Positions 18,011-26,904 of a DNA stretch of 64,000 bases are shown one piece after another. This stretch comes from Bacteroidales bacterium (lineage in GTDB: Bacteria; Bacteroidota; Bacteroidia; Bacteroidales; UBA12077), in the NCBI GenBank assembly GCA_019038645.1, contig JAHOYT010000053.1, forward strand, positions 913 through 64,912. The letters run 5' to 3'. Within the stretch, counting starts at the first letter, position 1. Every line of letters starts with the position of its first letter. The notes beneath the pieces were generated by a model that saw nothing but the letters and a program-made list of their open reading frames with translations, did not search any database and was not told the DNA's origin. The position numbers and the translations under genes were made by a program.

Positions 18011-18337
18011 TGGTTAATAAATCATTACCTGTAAAAATACAAAGTAAATCAGGATATATTGAGCGTGAAATTCATGATTTGATTAACGCCCGTAACCCAA
18101 AATATGCTCATACCAGCTATCATAAACCAATTTCAATAATAATTAGTGAAAGCAATTAACATTGTTTAAAATTAGACTTTATATAGCATTTCATTTTAAA
18201 GCGCGGATTTTAATTCGTGCATTTTTAAAACAAAACCTGCTAATGATTGTTCTATGTTTCAGAAAATGAACCCAAAATGGTTAGAATCACTAAAAATTAT
18301 CAATAAACCAAATCTATTCATCTAAACAATAAAATTC

Positions 18338-19219
18338 ATGAATCGAACTTTACTTTTATCCGGATTAGTCCTGCTATTTTCATATTCTGCTTTAAGCATT
18401 GCTCCCTTTTATAAAATAGCTGAAAAAAAAGCCTCTTTAGCTAATGTAGAAAAAGAAATAACAACAGCATTAAATTCAGCAAATTTTGAAATTATCGGCA
18501 CCTATAATGTCGCCGGAAACAATAATTTTAAAGTTATTGTATTTACCAGTTCAAAGTTAAAAGAAATTACTTTGTCGTTCGCAAACAGAGGCTCTCTTGC
18601 AGCTGCTCAGAAAATAAGTCTGATTCACAAAAACGGAATAACAACCATTAGTTTACTTAATCCTGACTATCTGTTTCATGCATATTTTCAGGATAATTAT
18701 AGTAAGAACAATGAAAAGTTAACTACTCAGATAAACGAAATCATGAAAGTCTTTAAAAATCAGGGTTACAGTTTTACGCCATTTGGTGGGGATCAGAGCA
18801 TTGATGATTTGCATGATTACCAGTATATGATTGGAATGCCTGAATTCAACGATCCGGTTAAACTTAATTCATATAATAGTTTTGAAGAAGGATTAAAAAT
18901 AATACGGAAAAATCTGGAAGCAAAAAAAGGTAATACATTAAAAGTATACGAATTGGTATTCCCAAATGAAAAAACAGCTGTGTTCGGAGTTGGATTGTTA
19001 GATGCTGAAGAAGGTGAAAAACACTTCTTGTCCATTATTGGTGAAGATCAGCTGGCTGCAATGCCTTATGAAATTATTCTGCAGGACACCAAAGCCACTA
19101 TGTTACATGGACGATTCCGTTTTGCTCTTTACTGGCCTGAACTTACCATGTCAACATTTACAAAAATAATGAGCTCGCCTGGCGATGTAGAGGATTTTAT
19201 GGAAGATATTACAGAATAA
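18338..19219 (+). CDS. Hypothetical secreted protein
   Basis: Signal peptide MNRTLLLSGLVLLFSYSALS, a long uninterrupted ORF, and no family I recognise. Confidence 0.5.
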   Translation: MNRTLLLSGLVLLFSYSALSIAPFYKIAEKKASLANVEKEITTALNSANFEIIGTYNVAGNNNFKVIVFTSSKLKEITLSFANRGSLAAAQKISLIHKNGITTISLLNPDYLFHAYFQDNYSKNNEKLTTQINEIMKVFKNQGYSFTPFGGDQSIDDLHDYQYMIGMPEFNDPVKLNSYNSFEEGLKIIRKNLEAKKGNTLKVYELVFPNEKTAVFGVGLLDAEEGEKHFLSIIGEDQLAAMPYEIILQDTKATMLHGRFRFALYWPELTMSTFTKIMSSPGDVEDFMEDITE

Positions 19220-19413
19220 CTAAAAAATTTACTGATTTAGAAAATATTTTCTAATGTCTTTACACACAGTATTTTGTATTAATAAATATATTTACTAATT
19301 TGATAAATTCCATCATATTACAAAAATGAGATTAGATTTTCTAATCAACAAACTGATTTTGCAGAGAAGTTAAGAATCAAACCTTAACAACACAATAGAA
19401 AAATTAATTGCCC

Positions 19414-20385
19414 ATGGAAAAAAGACTATTGGTTTACATTGGAATATTAAGCATTTCTTTTATACTCTTGCTTTCATGTGAACACGACTTGCCAAATGCC
19501 AGTGAGATACCTGAAGTTTGTTTTGGAAGCGAAGTATTACCAATATTTCAGACTGGTTGCGGAATAAGCAATTGCCATGATGCAGTTTCAGCAAAAGATG
19601 GCTTTATATACACAAATTATGCCTCAATAATGCAAACTATCGTTCCTGGTTCACCCGACGAAAGCAAAGCATACCAATCCATAATTTCTTTGTTTGATCA
19701 TCCAATGCCTCCAAATGAACCTTTATCTTTAGAAGCGCGAACCCTGATTCGCATATGGATTGAACAGGGTGCTGAAAAAACAACATGCCCCGATGATACA
19801 ACAACAATAATTGCATCATACCCTTGTTTCGAACGAGAGGTGCTTCCGATTCTGTTATCATCATGTGCAACAACAAATTGTCACGATGCAATAACACACG
19901 AGGGCGATTATATTTTTTCAAGCTATACTTCTTTAATGGAAAGCGGCAAATTAGTAGTTCCGTACTCGGGTTCAACCAGTAAGTTGGTTAAGGTTCTGAC
20001 CGGAAATGCAGAAGATATAATGCCTCCTCCACCTCAGGATCCTTTAACAGCAGATCAAATTGCTATTATTACAGATTGGATAGATAACGGGGCCATTAAC
20101 GAAGTATGTGAAACATTATGCGACACTACTATTTTCACATATTCGGAAGCTATTTCCGATCTTATAGTTAATAATTGTAAAGGTTGCCACAGTGGATCTT
20201 CTCCCTCAGGAGGAGTAAGTCTTACTACTTACGACCAGGTTAAATTAATTGCTGATGATGGTAGATTATTAGAAACCATAAAAGCTTTAAACGGTAGACC
20301 TTTAATGCCTCCTTCTGGTAGCCTGAGCAATTGTCAAATTCGACAACTTGAAAAATGGATAGAAGCTGGTTCTCTAAACAATTAA
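19414..20385 (+). CDS. Lipoprotein with three cytochrome-c-like (PSCyt1-like) heme-binding modules
   Basis: Lipobox LLLSC. Modules one and two carry C-x4-C-H (CGISNCHD, CATTNCHD) and module three carries CKGCH. Each module ends in MPP ... L ... WI..GA. ATG at 19414 is preferred over TTG at 19408. Confidence 0.65.
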   Translation: MEKRLLVYIGILSISFILLLSCEHDLPNASEIPEVCFGSEVLPIFQTGCGISNCHDAVSAKDGFIYTNYASIMQTIVPGSPDESKAYQSIISLFDHPMPPNEPLSLEARTLIRIWIEQGAEKTTCPDDTTTIIASYPCFEREVLPILLSSCATTNCHDAITHEGDYIFSSYTSLMESGKLVVPYSGSTSKLVKVLTGNAEDIMPPPPQDPLTADQIAIITDWIDNGAINEVCETLCDTTIFTYSEAISDLIVNNCKGCHSGSSPSGGVSLTTYDQVKLIADDGRLLETIKALNGRPLMPPSGSLSNCQIRQLEKWIEAGSLNN

Positions 20386-20402
20386 TTCCAAAAGTTCATA
20401 AA

Positions 20403-20792
20403 ATGATCAAAATCAACATAAAGAGAATAATACCGATACTTGTAATTATTGTTGCGGTTCAGTCATGCTATTATGACAATGAAGAACTGTTGTATCCGGA
20501 ACTTTCATCAGCCTGTGATACATTAAATATAACATACAGCGGAACTATTTCTCCAATACTTACTCTGCAATGTCTGTCTTGTCATTCAAGCTCTGCCGCC
20601 TCAGCATATGGTGGTGGCATCAGGTTAGAAGATTATTCAGATGTAAAAATTTATGTGGATAATGGTAAACTTTGGGGTTCAGTCAGTCATAGTTCCGGGT
20701 TTTCTCCAATGCCAAAAGAAGCAGGTAAAATGGCTGGTTGCAAAATAACTCAATTTGAAATCTGGATAAATTCAGGTGCTGCTAATAATTAA
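20403..20792 (+). CDS. Lipoprotein with one cytochrome-c-like heme-binding module
   Basis: Lipobox VAVQSC, CLSCH, then SPMPKEAGKM..C.I.QFEIWINSGA. The ATG at 20403 gives a proper signal peptide; the ORF-track start at 20355 overlaps the upstream gene. Confidence 0.6.
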   Translation: MIKINIKRIIPILVIIVAVQSCYYDNEELLYPELSSACDTLNITYSGTISPILTLQCLSCHSSSAASAYGGGIRLEDYSDVKIYVDNGKLWGSVSHSSGFSPMPKEAGKMAGCKITQFEIWINSGAANN

Positions 20793-20805
20793 AAATATAG
20801 ACTAA

Positions 20806-21684
20806 ATGAAAAAACATATAATTCTTTTGTTATTAGTAGTAATTGTAAGCAAACTAAGCGCTCAGGACATCGATGATTTGATGAATAGTGAATTAAGCAA
20901 CGAAATCAATTATACATCAGCAACTTTTAAATCGACACGAATAATAAACAGTCATTCTGTTGAACAATTGAAAAAACAGCATCTTGATTTTCGGATTTCC
21001 CATCGTTTTGGAACTGTAAACAATGGAATTAGTGATTTTTTTGGCATTGATAAATCATCAATCCGGTTAAGTTTAGAGTATGGAATTACAGATTGGCTAA
21101 TGACCGGAATTGGCAGAAGTTCTTTTAACCAGACTTATGAAGGATTTATTAAAGTTAAAATTTTACAGCAAAGTACAGGGGAAAAAAATATGCCTGTTTC
21201 TGTCAACTACTTTGCATGCGTGAATGAATATACAAGTGATTTTGTTAATACGGATTTAGAAAACTACTATTCTTCACGATTTAGCTATATTCATCAAATT
21301 CTTATAGCACGAAAATTTAACGAAAACCTTTCATTGCAACTAACGCCAACTCTGGTTCATAGAAACCTGGTTGAAACCGTTCTGGAAACAAACGACCTGT
21401 ACGCCATTGGTATTGGTGGAAGATATAAACTCTCCAGAAGAATTGCATTAACAACAGAATATTTTTATTCCATTCGGTCCTCAAGAAGTGGTTCTGACTA
21501 TAACGATCCTTTTTCGATTGGTGTTGATATTGAAACCGGAGGCCATGTTTTTCAGTTAATGCTCACAAACACATCCGTTATGCACGAGAGCGGGTTTATT
21601 TCAGGTGAGAATAATGATAATTTTTTCAATGGCGATATACATTTTGGGTTTAATATAACCCGCATTTTTTCTTTAAAAAAATAA
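20806..21684 (+). CDS. Outer-membrane beta-barrel protein (DUF5777-like)
   Basis: Signal peptide, alternating amphipathic strands and a C-terminal F-x-x-N-I-x-R-I-F. The family name is from memory of similar clusters and is tentative. Confidence 0.5.
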   Translation: MKKHIILLLLVVIVSKLSAQDIDDLMNSELSNEINYTSATFKSTRIINSHSVEQLKKQHLDFRISHRFGTVNNGISDFFGIDKSSIRLSLEYGITDWLMTGIGRSSFNQTYEGFIKVKILQQSTGEKNMPVSVNYFACVNEYTSDFVNTDLENYYSSRFSYIHQILIARKFNENLSLQLTPTLVHRNLVETVLETNDLYAIGIGGRYKLSRRIALTTEYFYSIRSSRSGSDYNDPFSIGVDIETGGHVFQLMLTNTSVMHESGFISGENNDNFFNGDIHFGFNITRIFSLKK

Positions 21685-21703
21685 TCACTAAAAAATTATA
21701 ATT

Positions 21704-22261
21704 ATGAAAAAATCTATTTTGGTAATTCTTTCTCTGGCTCTGCTTTGTGTAACTGCTTTTTCTCAAAATGTTTATTTTACAAAAGGCGGAAACATCGATT
21801 TTCTATCAAAAACGCCTGTTGAAAACATAGAGGCTGTTAATAATCAGGTGGTAAGTTTTTTAAAGACAGAAACCGGAGATCTTAATTTTGGTGTCCTCAT
21901 TAAATCATTCAAATTTAAGAATGCTTTAATGGAAGAGCATTTTAACGAAAACTATATGGAAAGTGATAAATTTCCGAAAGCTACATTTAAAGGACAAATT
22001 ACTAATTTAGACGATATTGACATCGGAAACCAAGGGATTTATACTGCAAATATTACGGGAAATCTTACTATTCACAATGTTACAAATGAGGAAGAAACTA
22101 CCGCTCAAATAGAAGTAAAAGCAGAAAATATTGTTGCAATCTCTACAATTATTATAAAACCTGAAGATTACAATATTGAAATCCCTGATATAGTTAAAGA
22201 AAAAATTGCAAAAATAATTACTGTAAATATTAATATAGTCTATGAACTTTATAAGAAGTAA
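21704..22261 (+). CDS. YceI-like (polyisoprenoid-binding) periplasmic protein
   Basis: Signal peptide, then EEHFNENYMESDKFPKATFKGQI ... GNLTIHNVT, which is the typical YceI pattern. Confidence 0.7.
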   Translation: MKKSILVILSLALLCVTAFSQNVYFTKGGNIDFLSKTPVENIEAVNNQVVSFLKTETGDLNFGVLIKSFKFKNALMEEHFNENYMESDKFPKATFKGQITNLDDIDIGNQGIYTANITGNLTIHNVTNEEETTAQIEVKAENIVAISTIIIKPEDYNIEIPDIVKEKIAKIITVNINIVYELYKK

Positions 22262-22316
22262 AGTCCGGCTAACTTGCCGGGGTGAAATTTACATTTACTA
22301 ATATTAATCTTACACA

Positions 22317-22733
22317 ATGAAAAAAATACTCATATTAGCTATAATTGTGACAGTTTCAGGTTTGATTGCTTATTTATTCGTTTTTCACAAACCTCATAAA
22401 AATACTTTCAAACTGAAAGCTGAATATATTATTTCTGCCAGTGAATTACTTACTGAATTTGAAACAGATGAAAACAATGCAAATTCAAAATATCTGGGAA
22501 AGATAATACAGGTTGAAGGTGAGATTATTAAAATAAAAAACATTTCAGGAAATTATGAAATATCATTTATTGATGAATTGTTTGGTGTTACCTGCATTGT
22601 AGACAGTGTTTATGCCGTTCAACAACGAGATGAATTAATACAACTAAAGGTAGGAAATAATATAAAAATAAAGGGACAATGCAATGGGTATCTTTCTGAT
22701 GTAAAATTAGACAGGTGTATAATATCAGATTAA
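22317..22733 (+). CDS. Membrane-anchored OB-fold (tRNA_anti-like) protein
   Basis: N-terminal TM segment followed by SASELLTEFETDENNANSKYLGKIIQVEGEI, the characteristic start of tRNA_anti-like OB-fold proteins. Confidence 0.55.
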   Translation: MKKILILAIIVTVSGLIAYLFVFHKPHKNTFKLKAEYIISASELLTEFETDENNANSKYLGKIIQVEGEIIKIKNISGNYEISFIDELFGVTCIVDSVYAVQQRDELIQLKVGNNIKIKGQCNGYLSDVKLDRCIISD

Positions 22734-22866
22734 TATCTACGTCACATAACCATAATTAAACTACTGTTACATAACAGCTTGAAACGGCCCGGTTTTAGAA
22801 ATGACAATGATTTGTTTCGTTCCCATTTTTTATGAACTCGGTCAGACATAGTCCTTTTCTATATAG

Positions 22867-23000
22867 TAATTAAAAAAAGCGCAACCAAATGGCTTCGCTT
22901 TTCATTTTATGTGAAATTTATACTATTCTACTAAATCTAAAACCTTTGCCGTTGCTTTTCTTGTTTTTCGACAAAGCTCAGCATCAACAAATATTCGTTC
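22867..23000 (-). pseudogene. Relic copy of the mqo 3' end plus decayed terminator (direct repeat of 23681..23815)
   Basis: A 43-nt identical block at 22907-22949 matches 23721-23763. The minus-strand reading gives DAELCRKTRKATAKVLDLVE*, identical to the Mqo C-terminus, and then runs into a stop. Confidence 0.7.
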
Positions 23001-23100
23001 GGAATTTTATCTGAATTGTACCCTCATTAATAAATTAGTCGGTTTTGGCATTTAATAAAATTTGCTATTTTTAAACTCTCATTTTGCAAAACAAATATAC

Positions 23101-23643
23101 ATGAACCAATTAATTGCTGTAAAATCTGCCAAAGATATTTTACCCGAATACCAAAAAACACCAATTGCTTTGCTTTTAGAATACCATAACTTCAATTTGT
23201 CGTTTCAAATTCATCAAATCCCTCAACTAATTATTGGTACTTGTGTCGATAACCGGATTCATTTACGTGTTCCTCCAAATTTTGCTTATATAGCTCGGGC
23301 CGGTGGTGCTAATATGCGTAATAGCGAGTTTAAAATTTCGTATGCAATTGCTTTGGGGAATGTTAAAAATATGGTACTCATAGGGCACAACCATTGTGGA
23401 ATGTCTAATCTGAAAGAGCGTAAAGACCTGTTCATTCAAGGACTTATAAAAACTGCCGGATGGAGCGTACAGCAGGCCAAAGAACATTTTGCTCAGGATT
23501 CACCTGGTTCTGAAATCGGGAATGAGGTTGAATTTATCTTAAGCGAAACCAAACGTTTACGAAATCTATATCCAAAAATTCAAATTGCCCCAATGATGTA
23601 TTTAGTTGAAGATAACCAACTTTATCTTATGAATGAAAAATAG
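23101..23643 (+). CDS. Beta-class carbonic-anhydrase-like protein
   Basis: The Zn-ligand signature is present: C-x-D-x-R (GTCVDNRIH) and H-x-x-C (GHNHCGM). ATG at 23101 (MNQLIAV...) is preferred to the TTG at 23062. Confidence 0.65.
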   Translation: MNQLIAVKSAKDILPEYQKTPIALLLEYHNFNLSFQIHQIPQLIIGTCVDNRIHLRVPPNFAYIARAGGANMRNSEFKISYAIALGNVKNMVLIGHNHCGMSNLKERKDLFIQGLIKTAGWSVQQAKEHFAQDSPGSEIGNEVEFILSETKRLRNLYPKIQIAPMMYLVEDNQLYLMNEK

Positions 23644-23686
23644 TCGGTTTATGATTTATAATTAATCTGGCAGTGATTTGTAATTT

Positions 23687-23716
23687 AAAAAAGCGCAACC
23701 ATTAAGCTGCGCTTTT
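23687..23716 (-). terminator. mqo terminator hairpin
   Basis: AAAAGCGCA / TGCGCTTTT forms a 9-bp stem with a 10-nt loop, flanked by A and T runs. Confidence 0.65.
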
Positions 23717-23736
23717 CAATTTATGTGAAATTTATA

Positions 23737-25212
23737 CTATTCTACTAAATCTAAAACCTTTGCTGTTGCTTTTCTTGTTTTTCGGCAAAGTTCCGCATCG
23801 TCAATTAATGATTTTCCATAACTTGGTATCATTTCAGTTATTCTGCCTTTCCAATCTTCAGATTTCAGTTGTTCCGCAAAACATTTTTCAAGAATTTCAA
23901 ACGTCGTTGTAACAGCCGTAGATGCTCCCGGAGAAGCGCCCAGTAATGCAGCCAAACTTCCATCAGCACTATTAATAATTTCTGTACCTAACTTTAACAC
24001 GCCACCTTTTTCTTTATCCTTTTTCATAATTTGCACACGCTGGCCGGCAGTATACAATTCCCAGTCTTTCTCTTTGGCAACAGGGAAATATATTCTAAGA
24101 AATTTAAACCTGGCTTTTCGCGATTGCATTACCTGCCCCACAAGATATTTGATTAACCCAAATTCGTGCCATGCAACAGCAAGCATCGGCCTGATATTAT
24201 CAAATCTTAATGATCCAATCAAATCAAAAATTGAACCTGTTTTTAAAAATTTAAGCGACATTCCTGCGTAAGGTCCGAACAATAATGAATCTTCACCATC
24301 AATTCTTCTGTCATCAAGGTGAGGCATTGACATTGGAGGAGAGCCTTCTGCGGCCTTTCCGTAAACTTTTGCATTATGCTCTTTAATGGTTTCCGGGTTT
24401 TTACATCGCATAAATTTACCACTCACAGGGAATCCTCCATATCCTTTCCCTTCTTTAATCCCCGATTTTTGTAACATTGGTAGCGAACCACCTCCACTAC
24501 TAATATATACGAATTTGCTATTTGAAGTTTTTGTTTTACCAGATTTGGTATCCTTAACTTTTATATTCCAGCTTCCGTCAGCTTGCTTGCTAAAGTTTTT
24601 TACCTTATGATTCACATGAACCTCAACTCCTTCGCAGTTATTCAGGTAAGCCATAATTCCTCTTGTGATAATATCAAAATTTACATCAGTACCAGCCTGC
24701 ATCCTTGTAACTCCCATTCTTTCACTTCTGTCTCTGCCTTTCATCATCATCGGAACCCAGGACTCCACTTCATTAAAATCTTCTGAATATTTCATGTCTT
24801 CGAAAAGAGCATACGGAGTCATAGCTGCATGTCTTTTTTTAATGAATTTAATATTTTTTTCACCCCAGACAAAACTCATGTGGGGAACCGTTTTAATAAA
24901 AGGTTCCGGTAAAATGTTTTGTTCTTTTAAGTATGACCAAAACTGCCTTGAAACTTCAAACGATGAAGCTATATCAAGGGCTTTTTCAATTTTTATTGAT
25001 CCGTCCTCCTGCTCAGGAGTATAATTTAACTCGCAAAAGGCAGAGTGACCAGTTCCGGCATTATTCCAGGAATCAGAGCTTTCGGATCCAACCTTATCAA
25101 GTTTTTCATAAATAGCAATTTTAGCTTCAGGGTTCAATTTTTTCATAATTACACCCAAAGTAGCACCCATGATGCCTGCTCCGATAATTGTAATGTCTTT
25201 TTGGTTTTGCAT
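23737..25212 (-). CDS. mqo: Malate:quinone oxidoreductase
   Basis: FAD-binding N-terminus DITIIGAGIMGATLG, then WNNAGTGHSAFCELNYTPE. The 491-aa length is typical of Mqo. Confidence 0.9.
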   Translation of the reverse strand: MQNQKDITIIGAGIMGATLGVIMKKLNPEAKIAIYEKLDKVGSESSDSWNNAGTGHSAFCELNYTPEQEDGSIKIEKALDIASSFEVSRQFWSYLKEQNILPEPFIKTVPHMSFVWGEKNIKFIKKRHAAMTPYALFEDMKYSEDFNEVESWVPMMMKGRDRSERMGVTRMQAGTDVNFDIITRGIMAYLNNCEGVEVHVNHKVKNFSKQADGSWNIKVKDTKSGKTKTSNSKFVYISSGGGSLPMLQKSGIKEGKGYGGFPVSGKFMRCKNPETIKEHNAKVYGKAAEGSPPMSMPHLDDRRIDGEDSLLFGPYAGMSLKFLKTGSIFDLIGSLRFDNIRPMLAVAWHEFGLIKYLVGQVMQSRKARFKFLRIYFPVAKEKDWELYTAGQRVQIMKKDKEKGGVLKLGTEIINSADGSLAALLGASPGASTAVTTTFEILEKCFAEQLKSEDWKGRITEMIPSYGKSLIDDAELCRKTRKATAKVLDLVE

Positions 25213-25605
25213 AGATTTGTTTTTTCTTGCGGCGATAAAGATAAAAAAAAATAGTAAACATCGTTAATTTTCACATTTATAAGTAAAATATAAACACATC
25301 TTTAATTCCGGCACACACTCAATCCTTACCAGAACATTACAAACAACCACAAATTCCGGTTTAACCTAATTTGATATCGCTCCTCGTTTTTTATATATTT
25401 ACTTAAACAAAACAAACAAACGTTTGTAGTACAAAGGAATAAACACCATAAAATAAGTAAAAAAACCTGCTGATAATAGTGATTTAAAACATGAAAATAA
25501 TCGATAATTGATGATGAATTTTACATTACATTTGCAGCCGGTTTTGACCTACAGATTAAATAATATATATCTCTGTTACAAAAACATTTTAAATTTAAGG
25601 GTATC

Positions 25606-26796
25606 ATGTATGGTAAGATAAAAGAACATTTAAGAAATGAACTTGACGCAATTGAAACAGCGGGTTTATACAAAAAAGAACGAATAATTACCAGCCCGCA
25701 AAAAGCTGATATTAAAGTTAATACCGGTCAGGATGTATTAAATTTTTGTGCTAATAATTATCTTGGATTATCTAATCATCCCCGATTAATTCAGGCTGCA
25801 AAAGATGCGCTGGACTCTCATGGTTACGGAATGTCATCGGTTCGCTTTATTTGTGGAACTCAGGATCTACACAAAGAACTTGAGAAACGTATTGCCGATT
25901 ATTTTGGTACTGAAGATACAATTTTATATGCCGCTGCTTTTGATGCAAACGGAGGTGTTTTTGAGCCCATTTTAACCAGTGAGGATGCGATTATTTCAGA
26001 TACTCTGAATCATGCTTCGATAATTGATGGCGTAAGGCTTTGTAAAGCAAATCGTTTACGGTACGAATCGGCCGATATGGAAGATTTGGAATATCAGCTT
26101 AAAATTGCTCAGAAATTTCGCTTTAGAATAATAGTTACCGATGGTGTATTCTCAATGGACGGACATGTTGCACCTCTTGATAAAATACGTGAATTAGCAG
26201 AAAAATACGATGCAATGGTTATGGTCGATGAATGTCATTCTGCCGGAGTTGTTGGTGATACAGGAAAAGGCGTTACGGAGCTTTATAATTTAAAAGGCAA
26301 AGTTGATATCATAACAGGTACATTAGGGAAAGCATTTGGTGGAGCAATTGGAGGTTTTACAACCGGACGAAAAGAAATTATAGATATGTTACGACAGCGC
26401 TCACGTCCCTATTTATTCTCAAACTCATTACCCCCGGCAGTTGTTAATGCAGGAATTGAAGTTTTTAAAATGCTCGAAGAATCGGACGATTTGCATGACA
26501 AGCTTGTGGAAAACACGAAGTATTTTAAACAAAAAATGATTGAGGCAGGATTCGATATAAAACTAAGTAATTCAGCAATACTGGCAGTTATGTTATACAA
26601 TGCAAAATTATCGCAGGAATTTGCAGCAAAATTACTAAATGAAGGTATTTATGTTATAGGATTTTACTATCCGGTAGTTCCAAAGGAACAAGCCAGAATA
26701 AGAGTCCAGATTTCTGCAGGGCATGAGAAAGAACATCTTGACAAAGCTGTTACAGCCTTTACCAAAATAGGAAAAGAACTTGGTGTTCTGAAATAG
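25606..26796 (+). CDS. kbl: 2-amino-3-ketobutyrate CoA ligase (glycine C-acetyltransferase)-type alpha-oxoamine synthase
   Basis: Near-colinear with my recollection of E. coli Kbl (AGLYKKERIITSPQ, FCANNYLGLSNHP, GMSSVRFICGTQD, NHASIIDGVRLCKA, GTLGKAFGG, RPYLFSNSLPP, GFYYPVVPK.QARIRVQISA). Confidence 0.9.
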   Translation: MYGKIKEHLRNELDAIETAGLYKKERIITSPQKADIKVNTGQDVLNFCANNYLGLSNHPRLIQAAKDALDSHGYGMSSVRFICGTQDLHKELEKRIADYFGTEDTILYAAAFDANGGVFEPILTSEDAIISDTLNHASIIDGVRLCKANRLRYESADMEDLEYQLKIAQKFRFRIIVTDGVFSMDGHVAPLDKIRELAEKYDAMVMVDECHSAGVVGDTGKGVTELYNLKGKVDIITGTLGKAFGGAIGGFTTGRKEIIDMLRQRSRPYLFSNSLPPAVVNAGIEVFKMLEESDDLHDKLVENTKYFKQKMIEAGFDIKLSNSAILAVMLYNAKLSQEFAAKLLNEGIYVIGFYYPVVPKEQARIRVQISAGHEKEHLDKAVTAFTKIGKELGVLK

Positions 26797-26860
26797 ATGT
26801 TAGTATTTAGTACAGAGTATTTAGATTATAGATTTTTAATAATTTTGGGTTAGATAAAAA

Positions 26861-26888
26861 GGATCGCCAATTAGCGATCCTTTATTTT
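26861..26888. terminator. Bidirectional terminator between kbl and the deoxynucleoside kinase operon
   Basis: GGATCGC-caatta-GCGATCC followed by TTTATTTT, with an A-run upstream. Confidence 0.6.
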
Positions 26889-26904
26889 GATCTATAATGC
26901 AATT

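Noticed and set aside
17893-18159. 88-aa ORF in the gap after the EEP nuclease gene.
   Set aside because: It overlaps copy C of the repeated promoter/leader element, and its N-terminal half is simply that element translated. It has no motif and an odd composition. I treat the region as non-coding.
14820-18337. Interpreting the nuclease-containing stretch as a classical mobile element (IS, integron cassette array, ICE fragment).
   Set aside because: I could find no transposase, integrase, terminal inverted repeats or attC-like sites. The repeated units are in direct orientation and look like promoters and leaders, so a mobile-element call is unsupported.
24074-25254. Six plus-strand ORFs (65-119 aa) opposite mqo, including a 119-aa ORF at 24665..25024.
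   Set aside because: They are antisense to a well-supported 491-aa Mqo gene. The sequences are Ser/Leu/Phe-rich, typical of reverse-frame translation of an AT-rich gene.
25213-25605. The long divergent intergenic region upstream of kbl, checked for a glycine or other riboswitch.
   Set aside because: I could not find the conserved glycine-riboswitch core or any convincing stem architecture. It looks like AT-rich divergent promoter DNA.
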